64,000 bases of DNA from Clostridia bacterium (GTDB taxonomy: Bacteria; Bacillota; Clostridia; Christensenellales; CAG-917). The translations under genes and the position numbers were made by a program. The stretch is taken from positions 239,165 through 303,164 of the forward strand of contig JAVVSR010000001.1 of NCBI GenBank assembly GCA_036654095.1, given 5' to 3'. The notes under the pieces were generated by a model that was given only the letters and a program-made list of their open reading frames with translations, was not told the DNA's origin and made no database searches. Positions 1 through 9,160 of the stretch are shown here, one piece after another. The first letter of the stretch is position 1. The number at the start of each line of letters is the position of its first letter.

Positions 1-145
1 GTTATGTTACAATATATGTACTGAAAATAATTATTGTTTTAAATTGTTGTAATGCGTTGTTGATGTATTTTTTGTTAATATCTAACAATATTTATAGCTA
101 TTTCCCTATATAAAATATAGATTATGCAATATAAATAAGGAAAAT

Positions 146-1204
146 ATGAAAAAGTCAAATGACTATTTTAAACAAAGAAATATTGATAATATGATAAAAT
201 TACGTATTATTCGTGAAAATTTGCCAAGTTTTTGTTGCGAATTTTTTATAGGAATTGAAAATAATACAAGTGTTTTGACTAGGTTGAATTACGCATATGA
301 TTTACGTATTTTTTTCTTTTATTTAACAACTCGTGTTTCAATTTTCAAACAAATTGCAGTTGAAAATTTTACTATTAACGATTTAAAAAAAGTAACAACA
401 ACACATTTAGAGTTATTTATTGATTTTTTATCATATTACACTTTTAATAACAGAAGTTATACCAATGAAAACAAAGGAAAAGCGCGTAAATTATCTACGG
501 TACGGGCTATGTTTAAGTATTTTTATAACAAAGATTATTTATCATCAAATCCGTCAGCAAAAATCAATATGCCAAAAATAAACGACATAGAAATAGTTAG
601 GCTTGAAACCGACGAAGTTGTTAATCTTTTAAACATTGCCGAGTTTGGCGGAAGCGGATTGACCAAACGTCAAGAAGCGTATCATGAGCGCACATATTTG
701 CGCGATACCGCCCTGTTGACATTGTTTTTAGGCACAGGATTACGTATTTCCGAGTGCGTAGGATTAAACATAAACGACATCGATTTTAGCACAAATGGAT
801 TTATAATTACACGCAAAGGCGGAAACAAGGTTATACTTTATTTTTCAAATGAAGTGGCGCAATCACTTAAGGACTATTTAGATGCGCGCAAAAATGACGG
901 TTCACCAAAAAATGAACCTGCCCTATTTTTATCGTTGCAAAATAAACGAATTTCAACACGCGCTGTTCAAAATTTGGTTAAAAAGTATAGTCAAATTATT
1001 GCGCCATTAAAAAATATTTCGCCACATAAATTACGCAGTACTTATGGAACTACGCTCTATCGTGAAACGGGCGATATTTATGTTGTTGCCGAAGTTTTGG
1101 GACATCGTGACGTAAATACAACAAAGAAGCATTACGCGGCAATGAGTGACGATATTCGCAGAGATGCCGCCCGAAAAGTTACTTTACGTGATAAAAACGA
1201 ATAA
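146..1204 (+). CDS. Tyrosine site-specific recombinase, XerC/XerD-like
   Basis: Tyrosine-recombinase catalytic signatures are visible in the ORF: GLRISE (Arg), HKLRST (His-x-x-Arg) and LGHRDVNTTKKHY (His and Tyr nucleophile). An aagga SD lies just upstream of the ATG. Confidence 0.85.
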   Translation: MKKSNDYFKQRNIDNMIKLRIIRENLPSFCCEFFIGIENNTSVLTRLNYAYDLRIFFFYLTTRVSIFKQIAVENFTINDLKKVTTTHLELFIDFLSYYTFNNRSYTNENKGKARKLSTVRAMFKYFYNKDYLSSNPSAKINMPKINDIEIVRLETDEVVNLLNIAEFGGSGLTKRQEAYHERTYLRDTALLTLFLGTGLRISECVGLNINDIDFSTNGFIITRKGGNKVILYFSNEVAQSLKDYLDARKNDGSPKNEPALFLSLQNKRISTRAVQNLVKKYSQIIAPLKNISPHKLRSTYGTTLYRETGDIYVVAEVLGHRDVNTTKKHYAAMSDDIRRDAARKVTLRDKNE

Positions 1205-1280
1205 ACTATTCTAAATAATTGACTTTTTTATAATAGTTTTGTATTATTAAAATAACATATCAAATATAGAGGTCTTTAAT

Positions 1281-3266
1281 ATGGACATATCTTCAATTAA
1301 TAGTGATTTAATTCGCGGCAATGTTACAACGATTATTTTAAAAGCTTTATGGTCGGAAGACCGTTACGGCTATGATATTCTGCGCGAAATTGAGGTTAAA
1401 AGTCAAGGCCAATATAAACTTAAGCAACCTACTCTTTACAGCTGTTTAAAGCGGCTTGAAAAGCAAGGCTTAATAAGTTCATATTGGGGCGAGGAATCGG
1501 ATACAGAAGGCGGCCGTCGTAGATATTATTCGCTAACTGAGGCGGGTCGTTCCCTTTTAACTAAAATGCAAAGCGAGTACGAATATTCGCGTACAATTTT
1601 AAACAAACTTTTATCTGAGGAAGATTTTGATTTTGAAGCGCAACCTGCTCCGTTTGACATTAATGGATTGCGCCCTTATACAAAGCGTAAATCCGAAGAT
1701 GAGGATATCGGCAAGCAAACTGATGACGAAATTCAATTAGAAAAAGAGGTTAATCTAACTGAAATTTCAAATGACCTCAAGCGACCCTTATCGACCGCCG
1801 TATTTGAACAGCTTACTATTGACAAAACAAATAATGAATTTACATCAATAAATATACCTGAAAATAAAAATCCTGAACCTACAAAATTATTTGTTACCGA
1901 GGTTGAAGGTTCGTCTTATGATGCAAAACCACGACAAACTGCGCGTTCACTTTCGGATATAATTAATCAAATTAATACTGTCGTACATAAAAAAGAAAAT
2001 GATGACAACGAAACATCTGCCATTGCTAACGAAAACACATCACCTATAACGGATATCATTTCCACTAAAGAGGCTATTTCTGAAGACAATAAAACCGTAG
2101 AAGTCGTTGAACCTGAAGTTATTGAAGCGTCGCCAACTTCATTCCCCGCGCGTGAGTATTATCGGCCTGATAAAATCGAAGTAGTCGAAAAAAATGTTGA
2201 TATGCGCCCTCAATCGGTTATCGATGAGGAAGCTCGCATTAAACGCGACGAGGCTCGTAAAGCATTGGGTATTGGCAAATATGCTGAAACTGCTCCGCTA
2301 GATATAGATAAATTTGTTGAGTCACAAAAAAAAAGTGAAAAAGTAGATATTGATGAGCAAAATGAGCCCCAAAAAGAACTTTTTTTCGACATTTTTAGCC
2401 CTATACCAATTCAACAACAAAAAAACGCTAAAGAAATTTTGAATTTAAACTCCGACCAAATGAAAAATAAATCGGCTTTTTCCGCCTCTCCTATTATTGA
2501 CATTAATGGCTCCACAATGGATTTTAAAAACAAATCAAACGTTAAAAACAACGAAATAAAAGAAACAAAAGAAACAAAAAAAGTTGAACCTATATTTGAA
2601 AAATTACCTGTTAAACCTGCCTCAACTTACAAATTTAGAAATGATGAAAATAACGTTTGCAATTATATTGACGCTTTTAATGATTTAAGAAAAACCTCTG
2701 ACAATTCATCAAACAACTTGGAAAACAACAATTTTGTTCAGCACCCTGCAAGCGGTATTGATTTGAAAACAAAGTTGTATGGCGCGGGTTACAAACTTCG
2801 CCCTTATACTCGTGAAAACACTGAGGAATACTATTCGCTTAAATATTACCACAGCAATAAACTTAGTAAAGATTGTTATTGTTTGGTATATTTGTTATTT
2901 TTAGTTGAAATTTTTATTGGATGGCTTATTTTTAAAGATAGATTTTCCGCATTACAATATGTTCTATTTGGCGCTGGCGGATTACCAATTTTTATTATTC
3001 CATTTGTAATTTATACAACACGACCCGATAAGCGCATACGCGCAAATTATAATTTTAAAACATCAATACTAAGTCGTTTAATGCTGTACCTAAACTGTGT
3101 GATTATCGTGTTTCTATTGGGATTTTTTGTTTTCGGCGCTGACATTAATAACGCGCAAAGTATGATATCAACAATTTTAATACCATTATTATTGTTACTT
3201 AATATTCCAATAAGTTCATTAATTTATTTATTGTTGTTCAACTCAAAGAAATATCACATATCATAA
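1281..3266 (+). CDS. PadR-family winged-HTH regulator fused to a long low-complexity linker and a C-terminal multi-pass membrane domain
   Basis: The N-terminal ~95 aa follow the PadR pattern (YGYDILREI, LKQPTLYSCLKRLEKQGLISSYW, RRRYYSLTEAG). Residues ~100-530 are E/K/N/D/S-rich low complexity. The last ~130 aa contain 4-5 hydrophobic helices. Confidence 0.75.
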   Translation: MDISSINSDLIRGNVTTIILKALWSEDRYGYDILREIEVKSQGQYKLKQPTLYSCLKRLEKQGLISSYWGEESDTEGGRRRYYSLTEAGRSLLTKMQSEYEYSRTILNKLLSEEDFDFEAQPAPFDINGLRPYTKRKSEDEDIGKQTDDEIQLEKEVNLTEISNDLKRPLSTAVFEQLTIDKTNNEFTSINIPENKNPEPTKLFVTEVEGSSYDAKPRQTARSLSDIINQINTVVHKKENDDNETSAIANENTSPITDIISTKEAISEDNKTVEVVEPEVIEASPTSFPAREYYRPDKIEVVEKNVDMRPQSVIDEEARIKRDEARKALGIGKYAETAPLDIDKFVESQKKSEKVDIDEQNEPQKELFFDIFSPIPIQQQKNAKEILNLNSDQMKNKSAFSASPIIDINGSTMDFKNKSNVKNNEIKETKETKKVEPIFEKLPVKPASTYKFRNDENNVCNYIDAFNDLRKTSDNSSNNLENNNFVQHPASGIDLKTKLYGAGYKLRPYTRENTEEYYSLKYYHSNKLSKDCYCLVYLLFLVEIFIGWLIFKDRFSALQYVLFGAGGLPIFIIPFVIYTTRPDKRIRANYNFKTSILSRLMLYLNCVIIVFLLGFFVFGADINNAQSMISTILIPLLLLLNIPISSLIYLLLFNSKKYHIS

Positions 3267-3283
3267 CATTAATTTCAATAGTT

Positions 3284-3318
3284 AAAAACGGGAATATCAA
3301 AAAGATATTCCCGTTTTT
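3284..3318. terminator. Rho-independent terminator, bidirectional
   Basis: A 10-bp stem (cgggaatatc 3289-3298 with gatattcccg 3304-3313) is flanked by an A5 run upstream and a T5 run downstream. It lies between the convergent PadR-like and MFS genes. Confidence 0.85.
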
Positions 3319-3419
3319 ATATTTCGATACAATCATTTTCATTGCAATATTAGTAAAACTAAAAATAAATTTACCAATTAAATACTATAAATATAAATTA
3401 AATAATTTTCAATAATCAA

Positions 3420-4853
3420 TTATTTTTCTTCAGTGGCTACATCTAAATCGCTATCTTGCTTCAACATTGCATCGCGTTCGGAAATTAGTTTAGCGCGTAT
3501 GATATGGTCATTATGCTTAACAAAGTATGCCGGAATAAACGTCAATGCTGCAAAAATTGCCGCGCCCCAAAATATTTCAGGCGGAGGTACAAGCGAAGCC
3601 CTTGTCGCATCGCCAACTACTGCATAGATTGCCATTGAATCAATATTTCCAATTATGCTACCTATACCTGCCGCTATGCCGGGGCCAATCATCATTGGAA
3701 TACAAACGAATATAAACATACGTATACCTTGAAAACTGCCTTCTTTGCCCTTGGGAATATAGTCCCTAAATGCGCCAATAAACAACCCGCTCATCAAAAG
3801 TGATGTTGCCATAATCATTGCTGCGCCGACGGCTAAAAATATAATTTTTGCAGTCATATTGTTTAAAACGAAACGCGTGCAAGCGGCAATAATACAACCA
3901 ATAATACTAACGACAATAATTGGATAATAAAATTTTGCTTTGCCAAATTTATCCATAAAAACACTTAACGTAATGCTAATAACGATTGCTAAAACAATAG
4001 CGATACCGAGAGGCAATATATAATCTTTAATCCCCAATGTATATTCGACAAAGGTAAAAAGCGAACCCATATAAACTTGAATAGATGCACCAGCGGTCAT
4101 ACTTCCAAACAGACAAATATACAAAAATTTGTTTTTATGAATGACATCTTTTCTAAATCCATAAAAAACATCTTTCCAATAATTATCATTTTTTACAGGT
4201 ATTAAACCTTTTTTATCTTTTAAAACAAAAATCCCCAAAATGCCTACAACTATCGGAATTACACCTGCTAAAATAAAAAAAGTTTGCCAATTATACTCAG
4301 CCTTATTAGCATTGGTATAATTATCAAAAAGCAAAACCAACAGCACCGTTGAAAGTACAGGCATCATTCCAATGATAGTATCAAGTTTACCCCTATTTGT
4401 AGTGTCTGAATAATCGGTAAGCCAAGCATTTAAAGCAGCGTCGTTAGCGACAGCGCCGATAAATGACATAATACAATCCATAACAATTACCAAAAAGATA
4501 ATCGCGCCAAAATGTTCTCCCGCGCCACTTGTCGGAATTAGCGCAAAAGCCATTGTGGATATACCCCAAATTATATATCCGTAGCTAACAAAAACTTTTC
4601 GTTTTCCAAGCCTGTCGGATAAAGCGCCACCAATAAGCGTTGCCGCTGTTGCAGATATTGCTGAAAATCCAATTAGAAACCAATTAAAGTACATTTTAGC
4701 ATCACTGTTTTTTGCTATTTCGTTAAGCATAAACTTTGAAAAATACATATTTTCAACTGACCAAGCAATTTGCCCAACTAAACCAAAAACAATAATTAAT
4801 AACCATAGCTTTCCGCCAAGTTTTGTAGTTTTAACTTTTTCAAAATCATTCAT
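3420..4853 (-). CDS. MFS transporter
   Basis: The protein is polytopic (~12 hydrophobic helices) and carries the MFS motif A GGALSDRLGKRK after TM2. Confidence 0.85.
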   Translation of the reverse strand: MNDFEKVKTTKLGGKLWLLIIVFGLVGQIAWSVENMYFSKFMLNEIAKNSDAKMYFNWFLIGFSAISATAATLIGGALSDRLGKRKVFVSYGYIIWGISTMAFALIPTSGAGEHFGAIIFLVIVMDCIMSFIGAVANDAALNAWLTDYSDTTNRGKLDTIIGMMPVLSTVLLVLLFDNYTNANKAEYNWQTFFILAGVIPIVVGILGIFVLKDKKGLIPVKNDNYWKDVFYGFRKDVIHKNKFLYICLFGSMTAGASIQVYMGSLFTFVEYTLGIKDYILPLGIAIVLAIVISITLSVFMDKFGKAKFYYPIIVVSIIGCIIAACTRFVLNNMTAKIIFLAVGAAMIMATSLLMSGLFIGAFRDYIPKGKEGSFQGIRMFIFVCIPMMIGPGIAAGIGSIIGNIDSMAIYAVVGDATRASLVPPPEIFWGAAIFAALTFIPAYFVKHNDHIIRAKLISERDAMLKQDSDLDVATEEK

Positions 4854-4929
4854 CAGTAACTACCTCATAATATAATTTTTTTAAATAAATTTATCAAATT
4901 TAAAATTATTAATATCAAGATTAAAATAA

Positions 4930-6072
4930 TTATTTTTTATTTGTTTTAGCATTTTTTTCAATCTTGATGTCATTTTCATTGCAACTACAAGAAGTATCGC
5001 CATTAGATGTATTATTTTTATCGTCAGAAATGTTGTCACTTTTTATTGTTTTTAAATCATTTTTTTCATCAAATTTATCATTATTCACGGTATTATCATT
5101 GGAAAATGGAGCATTTACGCTATTTAAACGTTTGCTGATTTGTTCCTCATCTATTTCGGCTATAAACTTATGACGATACTTTTCGGGTATAATCTTTTCA
5201 ATAAAAGCAAGCATTTTTTCCTCAAGTTTATCGCCTTTATGCCAAACGTAGTAAAGCAAGCCAATAACAATTATGCCAACAACTGCATATATAACATAAG
5301 TCCAAGCGCCCAAATCTTTAATAACTTCAAGGAAACCTACGCCCAATACCGTATATCCGATAGTGAAAATGCGAGTGAGCAATATAATTATAAAAAATGC
5401 TAGCGCGGTGAATGTTGTCAATCCTGCAAACATACAAAGCAAGTCATCGGGGAAAAATGGAAACATAAACATAAAAATCAAAATGATTTTATCTCTACCC
5501 TTAATTAAAGCGTGGTATTTATAATAAGCGTCGTCACCAACAATCCAAATAATAAGTTTTGCTCCAAATTTACGTCCAAGGAAAAAGGCAAACATCGAGC
5601 CGGTTACCTGACCAATTAAACTATAAATAAAACCGTTAGCTTTCCCAAATAGCGCAATACCAATAAAAGTTGTAACTGTCGACGGTATCGGAATTAAGGT
5701 AACTTGCAAAAATGATAAAGCCATAAAAATCCACGCGCTACCTTTTTTGCCCTCGATTGATGATTGAATTGCATTAGCGTCAAGTTCGCCCGACTCATTA
5801 TAAAATTGTTCATACATTCCCGACCACATCACAGCGCCAAAAACTAGTAGCGCAAAAATAGCCACATAGAATGTTGTAACCATAAATTTAGAAAGCCATT
5901 CAATTTTTTTTACAACACCAACAACAAAAAGAACTGTCGTGATAACAAGCGCGAGATACATTAACGAAATCATCCATATTCTTATATATCCGATTAGCAA
6001 TCCAATAATAACGCCAACAACGACAGTTAATATGCTGCATAAAATTAAACTTTTCTTCTGCTTATTTTCCAT
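4930..6072 (-). CDS. TVP38/TMEM64 (DedA-like) membrane protein with a low-complexity C-terminal tail
   Basis: Multi-TM protein with DedA/SNARE-associated-like segments (QVTLIPIPSTV, FFPDDLLCMFAG). The start was moved to the internal MENKQKK (ATG at 6070-6072), because the longer ORF overlaps rnhA by 68 nt. Confidence 0.65.
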   Translation of the reverse strand: MENKQKKSLILCSILTVVVGVIIGLLIGYIRIWMISLMYLALVITTVLFVVGVVKKIEWLSKFMVTTFYVAIFALLVFGAVMWSGMYEQFYNESGELDANAIQSSIEGKKGSAWIFMALSFLQVTLIPIPSTVTTFIGIALFGKANGFIYSLIGQVTGSMFAFFLGRKFGAKLIIWIVGDDAYYKYHALIKGRDKIILIFMFMFPFFPDDLLCMFAGLTTFTALAFFIIILLTRIFTIGYTVLGVGFLEVIKDLGAWTYVIYAVVGIIVIGLLYYVWHKGDKLEEKMLAFIEKIIPEKYRHKFIAEIDEEQISKRLNSVNAPFSNDNTVNNDKFDEKNDLKTIKSDNISDDKNNTSNGDTSCSCNENDIKIEKNAKTNKK

Positions 6073-6508
6073 TTTGCCCCCGTTTAATCTCCTCTTTGGC
6101 AAGTTTATCGCAACGATTGTTGTAATCACTATCAGAGTGACCCTTTACTTTTACAAAACTTACAATGTGTTTATCTAATTCAATCAATAAGTTTTTCCAA
6201 AGGTCAATATTTTTAACCTCATCTTTATTTGCAGTGCGCCAGTCTTTAATTTGCCAAGTTTCTATCCAATTTTTTAAAAAAGGGTCGATAGCATATGCGC
6301 TGTCGCTGTAAATCGTGACCTCACATTTTTCTTTTAATTGGCGAAGACCCTGAATTATTGCAAAAAGTTCCATACGATTATTAGTTGTTTCTTTATTATA
6401 TCCCGAAAAAGCCTTATCGACATTTTTATAAATTAAAATAGCTGCCCAGCCGCCTGCGCCGGGATTGCCACTACAAGCACCGTCAGTATATATATCAACG
6501 TGCTTCAT
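6062..6508 (-). CDS. rnhA: Ribonuclease HI
   Basis: The N-terminus IYTDGACSGNPGAGGWAAIL, followed by TNNRMEL and YSDS, is the classic RNase H type 1 pattern. Confidence 0.9.
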   Translation of the reverse strand: MKHVDIYTDGACSGNPGAGGWAAILIYKNVDKAFSGYNKETTNNRMELFAIIQGLRQLKEKCEVTIYSDSAYAIDPFLKNWIETWQIKDWRTANKDEVKNIDLWKNLLIELDKHIVSFVKVKGHSDSDYNNRCDKLAKEEIKRGQNGK

Positions 6509-7302
6509 TTACTAAGCTCCTTTGAACGATATTCGCATTTTTTCATTCCGCCAATAATAATGTCTTCAAGTGAGTTGTCATTATAGTATTCAACCGCTTG
6601 AATAGTTGTACCACCTTTACTACAAACGTTTGAAATTAACTGTTCAATAGGCAAGTCACTTTCTCTAACCATTTTAACTGCTCCAATAAAAGTTTGAAGC
6701 GCAAGACGTTTTGATGTTTCATAGTCCAAACCAGACAAAACACCACCTTTAATCATTGACTCGATAAACATATAAACATATGCCGGCCCACTGCCACTAA
6801 CTGAAGTAACTGCATCAAAAAAACTTTCATCTAGCTCAATCACGTCGCCAATACTTTTAAATATATTCAAAACAACGTTTTTCGATACCTCATTAAAGTC
6901 CAAACAATCAACCGCCGACATTCCTTCCGAAACCATACACGGCGTGTTTGGCATAACTCTGGTAAGCTTAACATCGCCAAGCATATTTTTTAATTTAGTT
7001 TTATTTAAACCTGCCATAATTGAAATAAATAAATTGTCGCAAACATCATTTTTTAGTGAAGGCAAAACCAAACCAGCAACCTGTGGTTTAATTGCAAGTA
7101 CTACATAATCGGCCTCTTTTAATAGCAATTTGTTATCATTGGTTGTAGAAACGCCTAAATTAGCAATAATTTCAAGTTTTTTAGCATCGATGTCCGAAAC
7201 AATAATATCATCTGCACAAAATATATTTGAACGCAAAATTCCATTCAAAATAGCAGTGGCCATATTGCCCGCGCCGATAAACCCAATTTTATATTGCTTC
7301 AT
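6505..7302 (-). CDS. proC: Pyrroline-5-carboxylate reductase
   Basis: Rossmann N-terminus IGFIGAGNMA, P5CR C-terminal region SKGGTT, and typical length (265 aa). Confidence 0.9.
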   Translation of the reverse strand: MKQYKIGFIGAGNMATAILNGILRSNIFCADDIIVSDIDAKKLEIIANLGVSTTNDNKLLLKEADYVVLAIKPQVAGLVLPSLKNDVCDNLFISIMAGLNKTKLKNMLGDVKLTRVMPNTPCMVSEGMSAVDCLDFNEVSKNVVLNIFKSIGDVIELDESFFDAVTSVSGSGPAYVYMFIESMIKGGVLSGLDYETSKRLALQTFIGAVKMVRESDLPIEQLISNVCSKGGTTIQAVEYYNDNSLEDIIIGGMKKCEYRSKELSK

Positions 7303-7357
7303 ATATTATAATCCTCGCTAGAAAAAAACTTTTATTTTTAAAAGATAATACTTTTGT

Positions 7358-7386
7358 TTGACTAAATTTATTATATATATTATAAT
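7358..7386 (+). promoter_or_regulatory. Sigma-A type promoter for tRNA-Trp
   Basis: TTGACT (7358-7363), a 17-nt spacer, then TATAAT (7381-7386). This places the start about 5 nt before the mature tRNA 5' end. Confidence 0.75.
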
Positions 7387-7398
7387 GAACAAGTTCTT

Positions 7399-7473
7399 AG
7401 GGGAGTGGCTCAACGGTAGAGCAACGGTCTCCAAAACCGTCGGTTGCGTGTTCAAATCGCGTCTCCCCTGCCA
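7399..7473 (+). tRNA. trnW: tRNA-Trp (anticodon CCA), CCA end encoded
   Basis: Hand-folded cloverleaf. Acceptor AGGGGAG/CTCCCCT; D arm GCTC-AACGGTA-GAGC; anticodon stem ACGGT/ACCGT with loop CTCCAAA (CCA at 7431-7433); T arm GCGTG-TTCAAAT-CGCGT; discriminator G followed by CCA. Confidence 0.95.
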
Positions 7474-7475
7474 AA

Positions 7476-7514
7476 GCCCGATTAGCGCAAATAATTGTGT
7501 TGTCGGGTTTTTTT
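7476..7514 (+). terminator. Rho-independent terminator after tRNA-Trp
   Basis: The stem gcccga (7476-7481) with tcgggt (7503-7508) is followed by a T6 run. The loop is rather large. Confidence 0.6.
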
Positions 7515-7661
7515 ATGTTCAAAATTTTCAATTTGTAAAAAATCATCTACATTGTTGAAATTAAAATAATAAATTTAAGACAAATATAATAATATTTTAA
7601 GGTATTAAACTAAAATATTATAGCTATTAATGATATTTTATTTAATTAAAATCATATTTAC

Positions 7662-9092
7662 CTAAATAATTACATTTCCAACAAGCCTAGCTGCATCTTT
7701 ATGCTTAGATAAAATAGGATTAATTTCATCTTTAATAAATTCTTCAACCTGTATAGGCGCCGCGCCAATAAAGTTTTCAGGTAAAATTAGCTGTTCAAGC
7801 ATATTGTGAATAGGGAAAAATGCAGGGTCGGTTGCAATCCTTTCAAGTAAATCATTTTCATTGCCCTCTTGTTTCACCTGTTTTGCGGCTTCCATTGAAT
7901 GAACTCTAATTCTTTCGTGTAAATCTTGGCGATTACCACCTAATTTCACACACTCCATTAAAATATTTTCAGTGGCCATAAACGGAAGTTCATCCATAAT
8001 ATGCTTATTAATGACGCGTTCGTAAACAACAAGATTTTCTGATACATTCATATAAATTTCAAGAATAGCGTCAATCGCCAAAAACGCTTCCGCCATAACA
8101 ATACGCCGATTTGCGCTGTCATCTAAAGTACGTTCAAGCCATTGATTTGATGCCGTCATAGCTGCGTTTATTGGCAACGATTCAACATATTTTGCTAGCG
8201 AAACTATGCGTTCGCAACGCATTGGATTGCGTTTATACGCCATAGCAGATGAACCAATTTGCGTTTTTTCAAACGGTTCTTCGATTTCTTTCATATTTTG
8301 CAAAATACGAATGTCATTAGCGGCCTTAGATGCGCTTTGCGCTATGCCCGAAAGCACCGCTAAAATTGAATAGTCTATTTTACGCGGATAAGTTTGGCCA
8401 CCAACGGCAAAATAACCTTTAAATCCCATTTTTTGACTAACGATTTTATCAAGCATTTTGACCTTGCTATAATCATTGTTGAAAAGTTGCATAAAACTTG
8501 CTTGCGTACCAGTAGTCCCCTTAACTCCACGAAGCTTATAATTTTCTAAAATATATTCAATATTATTGAAATCCATCACTAAGTCTTGAAGCCAAAGAGT
8601 TGCGCGCTTTCCAACCGTTACAAGTTGCGCCGATTGCAGGTGAGTAAAACCTAACGTAGGAAGACTTTTATATTTTAAAGCAAACGCTTTAAGTTTGGCC
8701 ATAACGCCGATAGTTTTATTGCGAACAAGCTCAAATGCTTTATAAAAGGCAATTAAATCGGCATTATCGCCCACAAAACAACTAGTAGCGCCGAGATGAA
8801 TTATCCCCGCAGCTTTGGGGCATTGTACCGAATACGCATAAATTTGCGCCATAACATCGTGTCGAACTTCCCTTTCTCGTTCAGCCGAAACATCTAAATT
8901 AAGATTGTTTACATTAGCTTTTAATTCAGCAATTTGTTCATCGGTAATATTTAATCCAAGTTCCTGTTCGGCTTCAGCTAAAGAAAGCCAAAGCTTGCGC
9001 CAACATTTTATTTTTTCATCAGAGGAAAAGATAGCAGACATTTGTTTGGACGCATAGCGAGTTATTAACGGATTTTGATAAACGTCACTCAT
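7662..9092 (-). CDS. purB: Adenylosuccinate lyase
   Basis: Fumarate-lyase family signature GSSAMAYKRNP. Length (476 aa) and N-terminus PLITRYASKQM are typical of PurB. Confidence 0.92.
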   Translation of the reverse strand: MSDVYQNPLITRYASKQMSAIFSSDEKIKCWRKLWLSLAEAEQELGLNITDEQIAELKANVNNLNLDVSAEREREVRHDVMAQIYAYSVQCPKAAGIIHLGATSCFVGDNADLIAFYKAFELVRNKTIGVMAKLKAFALKYKSLPTLGFTHLQSAQLVTVGKRATLWLQDLVMDFNNIEYILENYKLRGVKGTTGTQASFMQLFNNDYSKVKMLDKIVSQKMGFKGYFAVGGQTYPRKIDYSILAVLSGIAQSASKAANDIRILQNMKEIEEPFEKTQIGSSAMAYKRNPMRCERIVSLAKYVESLPINAAMTASNQWLERTLDDSANRRIVMAEAFLAIDAILEIYMNVSENLVVYERVINKHIMDELPFMATENILMECVKLGGNRQDLHERIRVHSMEAAKQVKQEGNENDLLERIATDPAFFPIHNMLEQLILPENFIGAAPIQVEEFIKDEINPILSKHKDAARLVGNVII

Positions 9093-9113
9093 ATTTTAAA
9101 CCTCATTTACAAT

Positions 9114-9148
9114 ATTAAAAAATAGTCCACCCTAGTGTAGAGTGGACT
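9114..9148 (-). terminator. Terminator-like hairpin between ispH/S1 and purB
   Basis: On the minus strand, a 7-bp stem (9124-9130 with 9142-9148) is followed by AUUUUUU (9117-9123). It lies about 25 nt upstream of the purB start. Confidence 0.6.
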
Positions 9149-9160
9149 AAATAAAAGTTG

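Noticed and set aside
146-1204. A tyrosine recombinase at the window edge, considered as a marker of an integrated mobile element.
   Set aside because: The visible flanks show no att-like direct repeats, phage or transposon genes, or compositional shift. The sequence looks like a chromosomal Xer-type recombinase. The left flank is truncated by the window, so this cannot be fully excluded.
6073-6129. An N-terminal extension of the DedA-like ORF overlapping rnhA by 68 nt.
   Set aside because: The internal start MENKQKK gives a normal short overlap, and the extension has no TM or conserved content.
7358-7558. A 66-aa plus-strand ORF on the track.
   Set aside because: It starts at the -35 element and reads straight through tRNA-Trp and its terminator, so it is not a gene.
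9138-9148. The 11-nt string tagagtggact is shared by the hairpin upstream of purB (9138-9148) and the rimP leader hairpin (59261-59271).
   Set aside because: The shared string forms the 5' arm of one hairpin and the 3' arm of the other. The loops and the rest of the stems differ, and there are only two copies. This is most likely coincidence rather than a repeat family.
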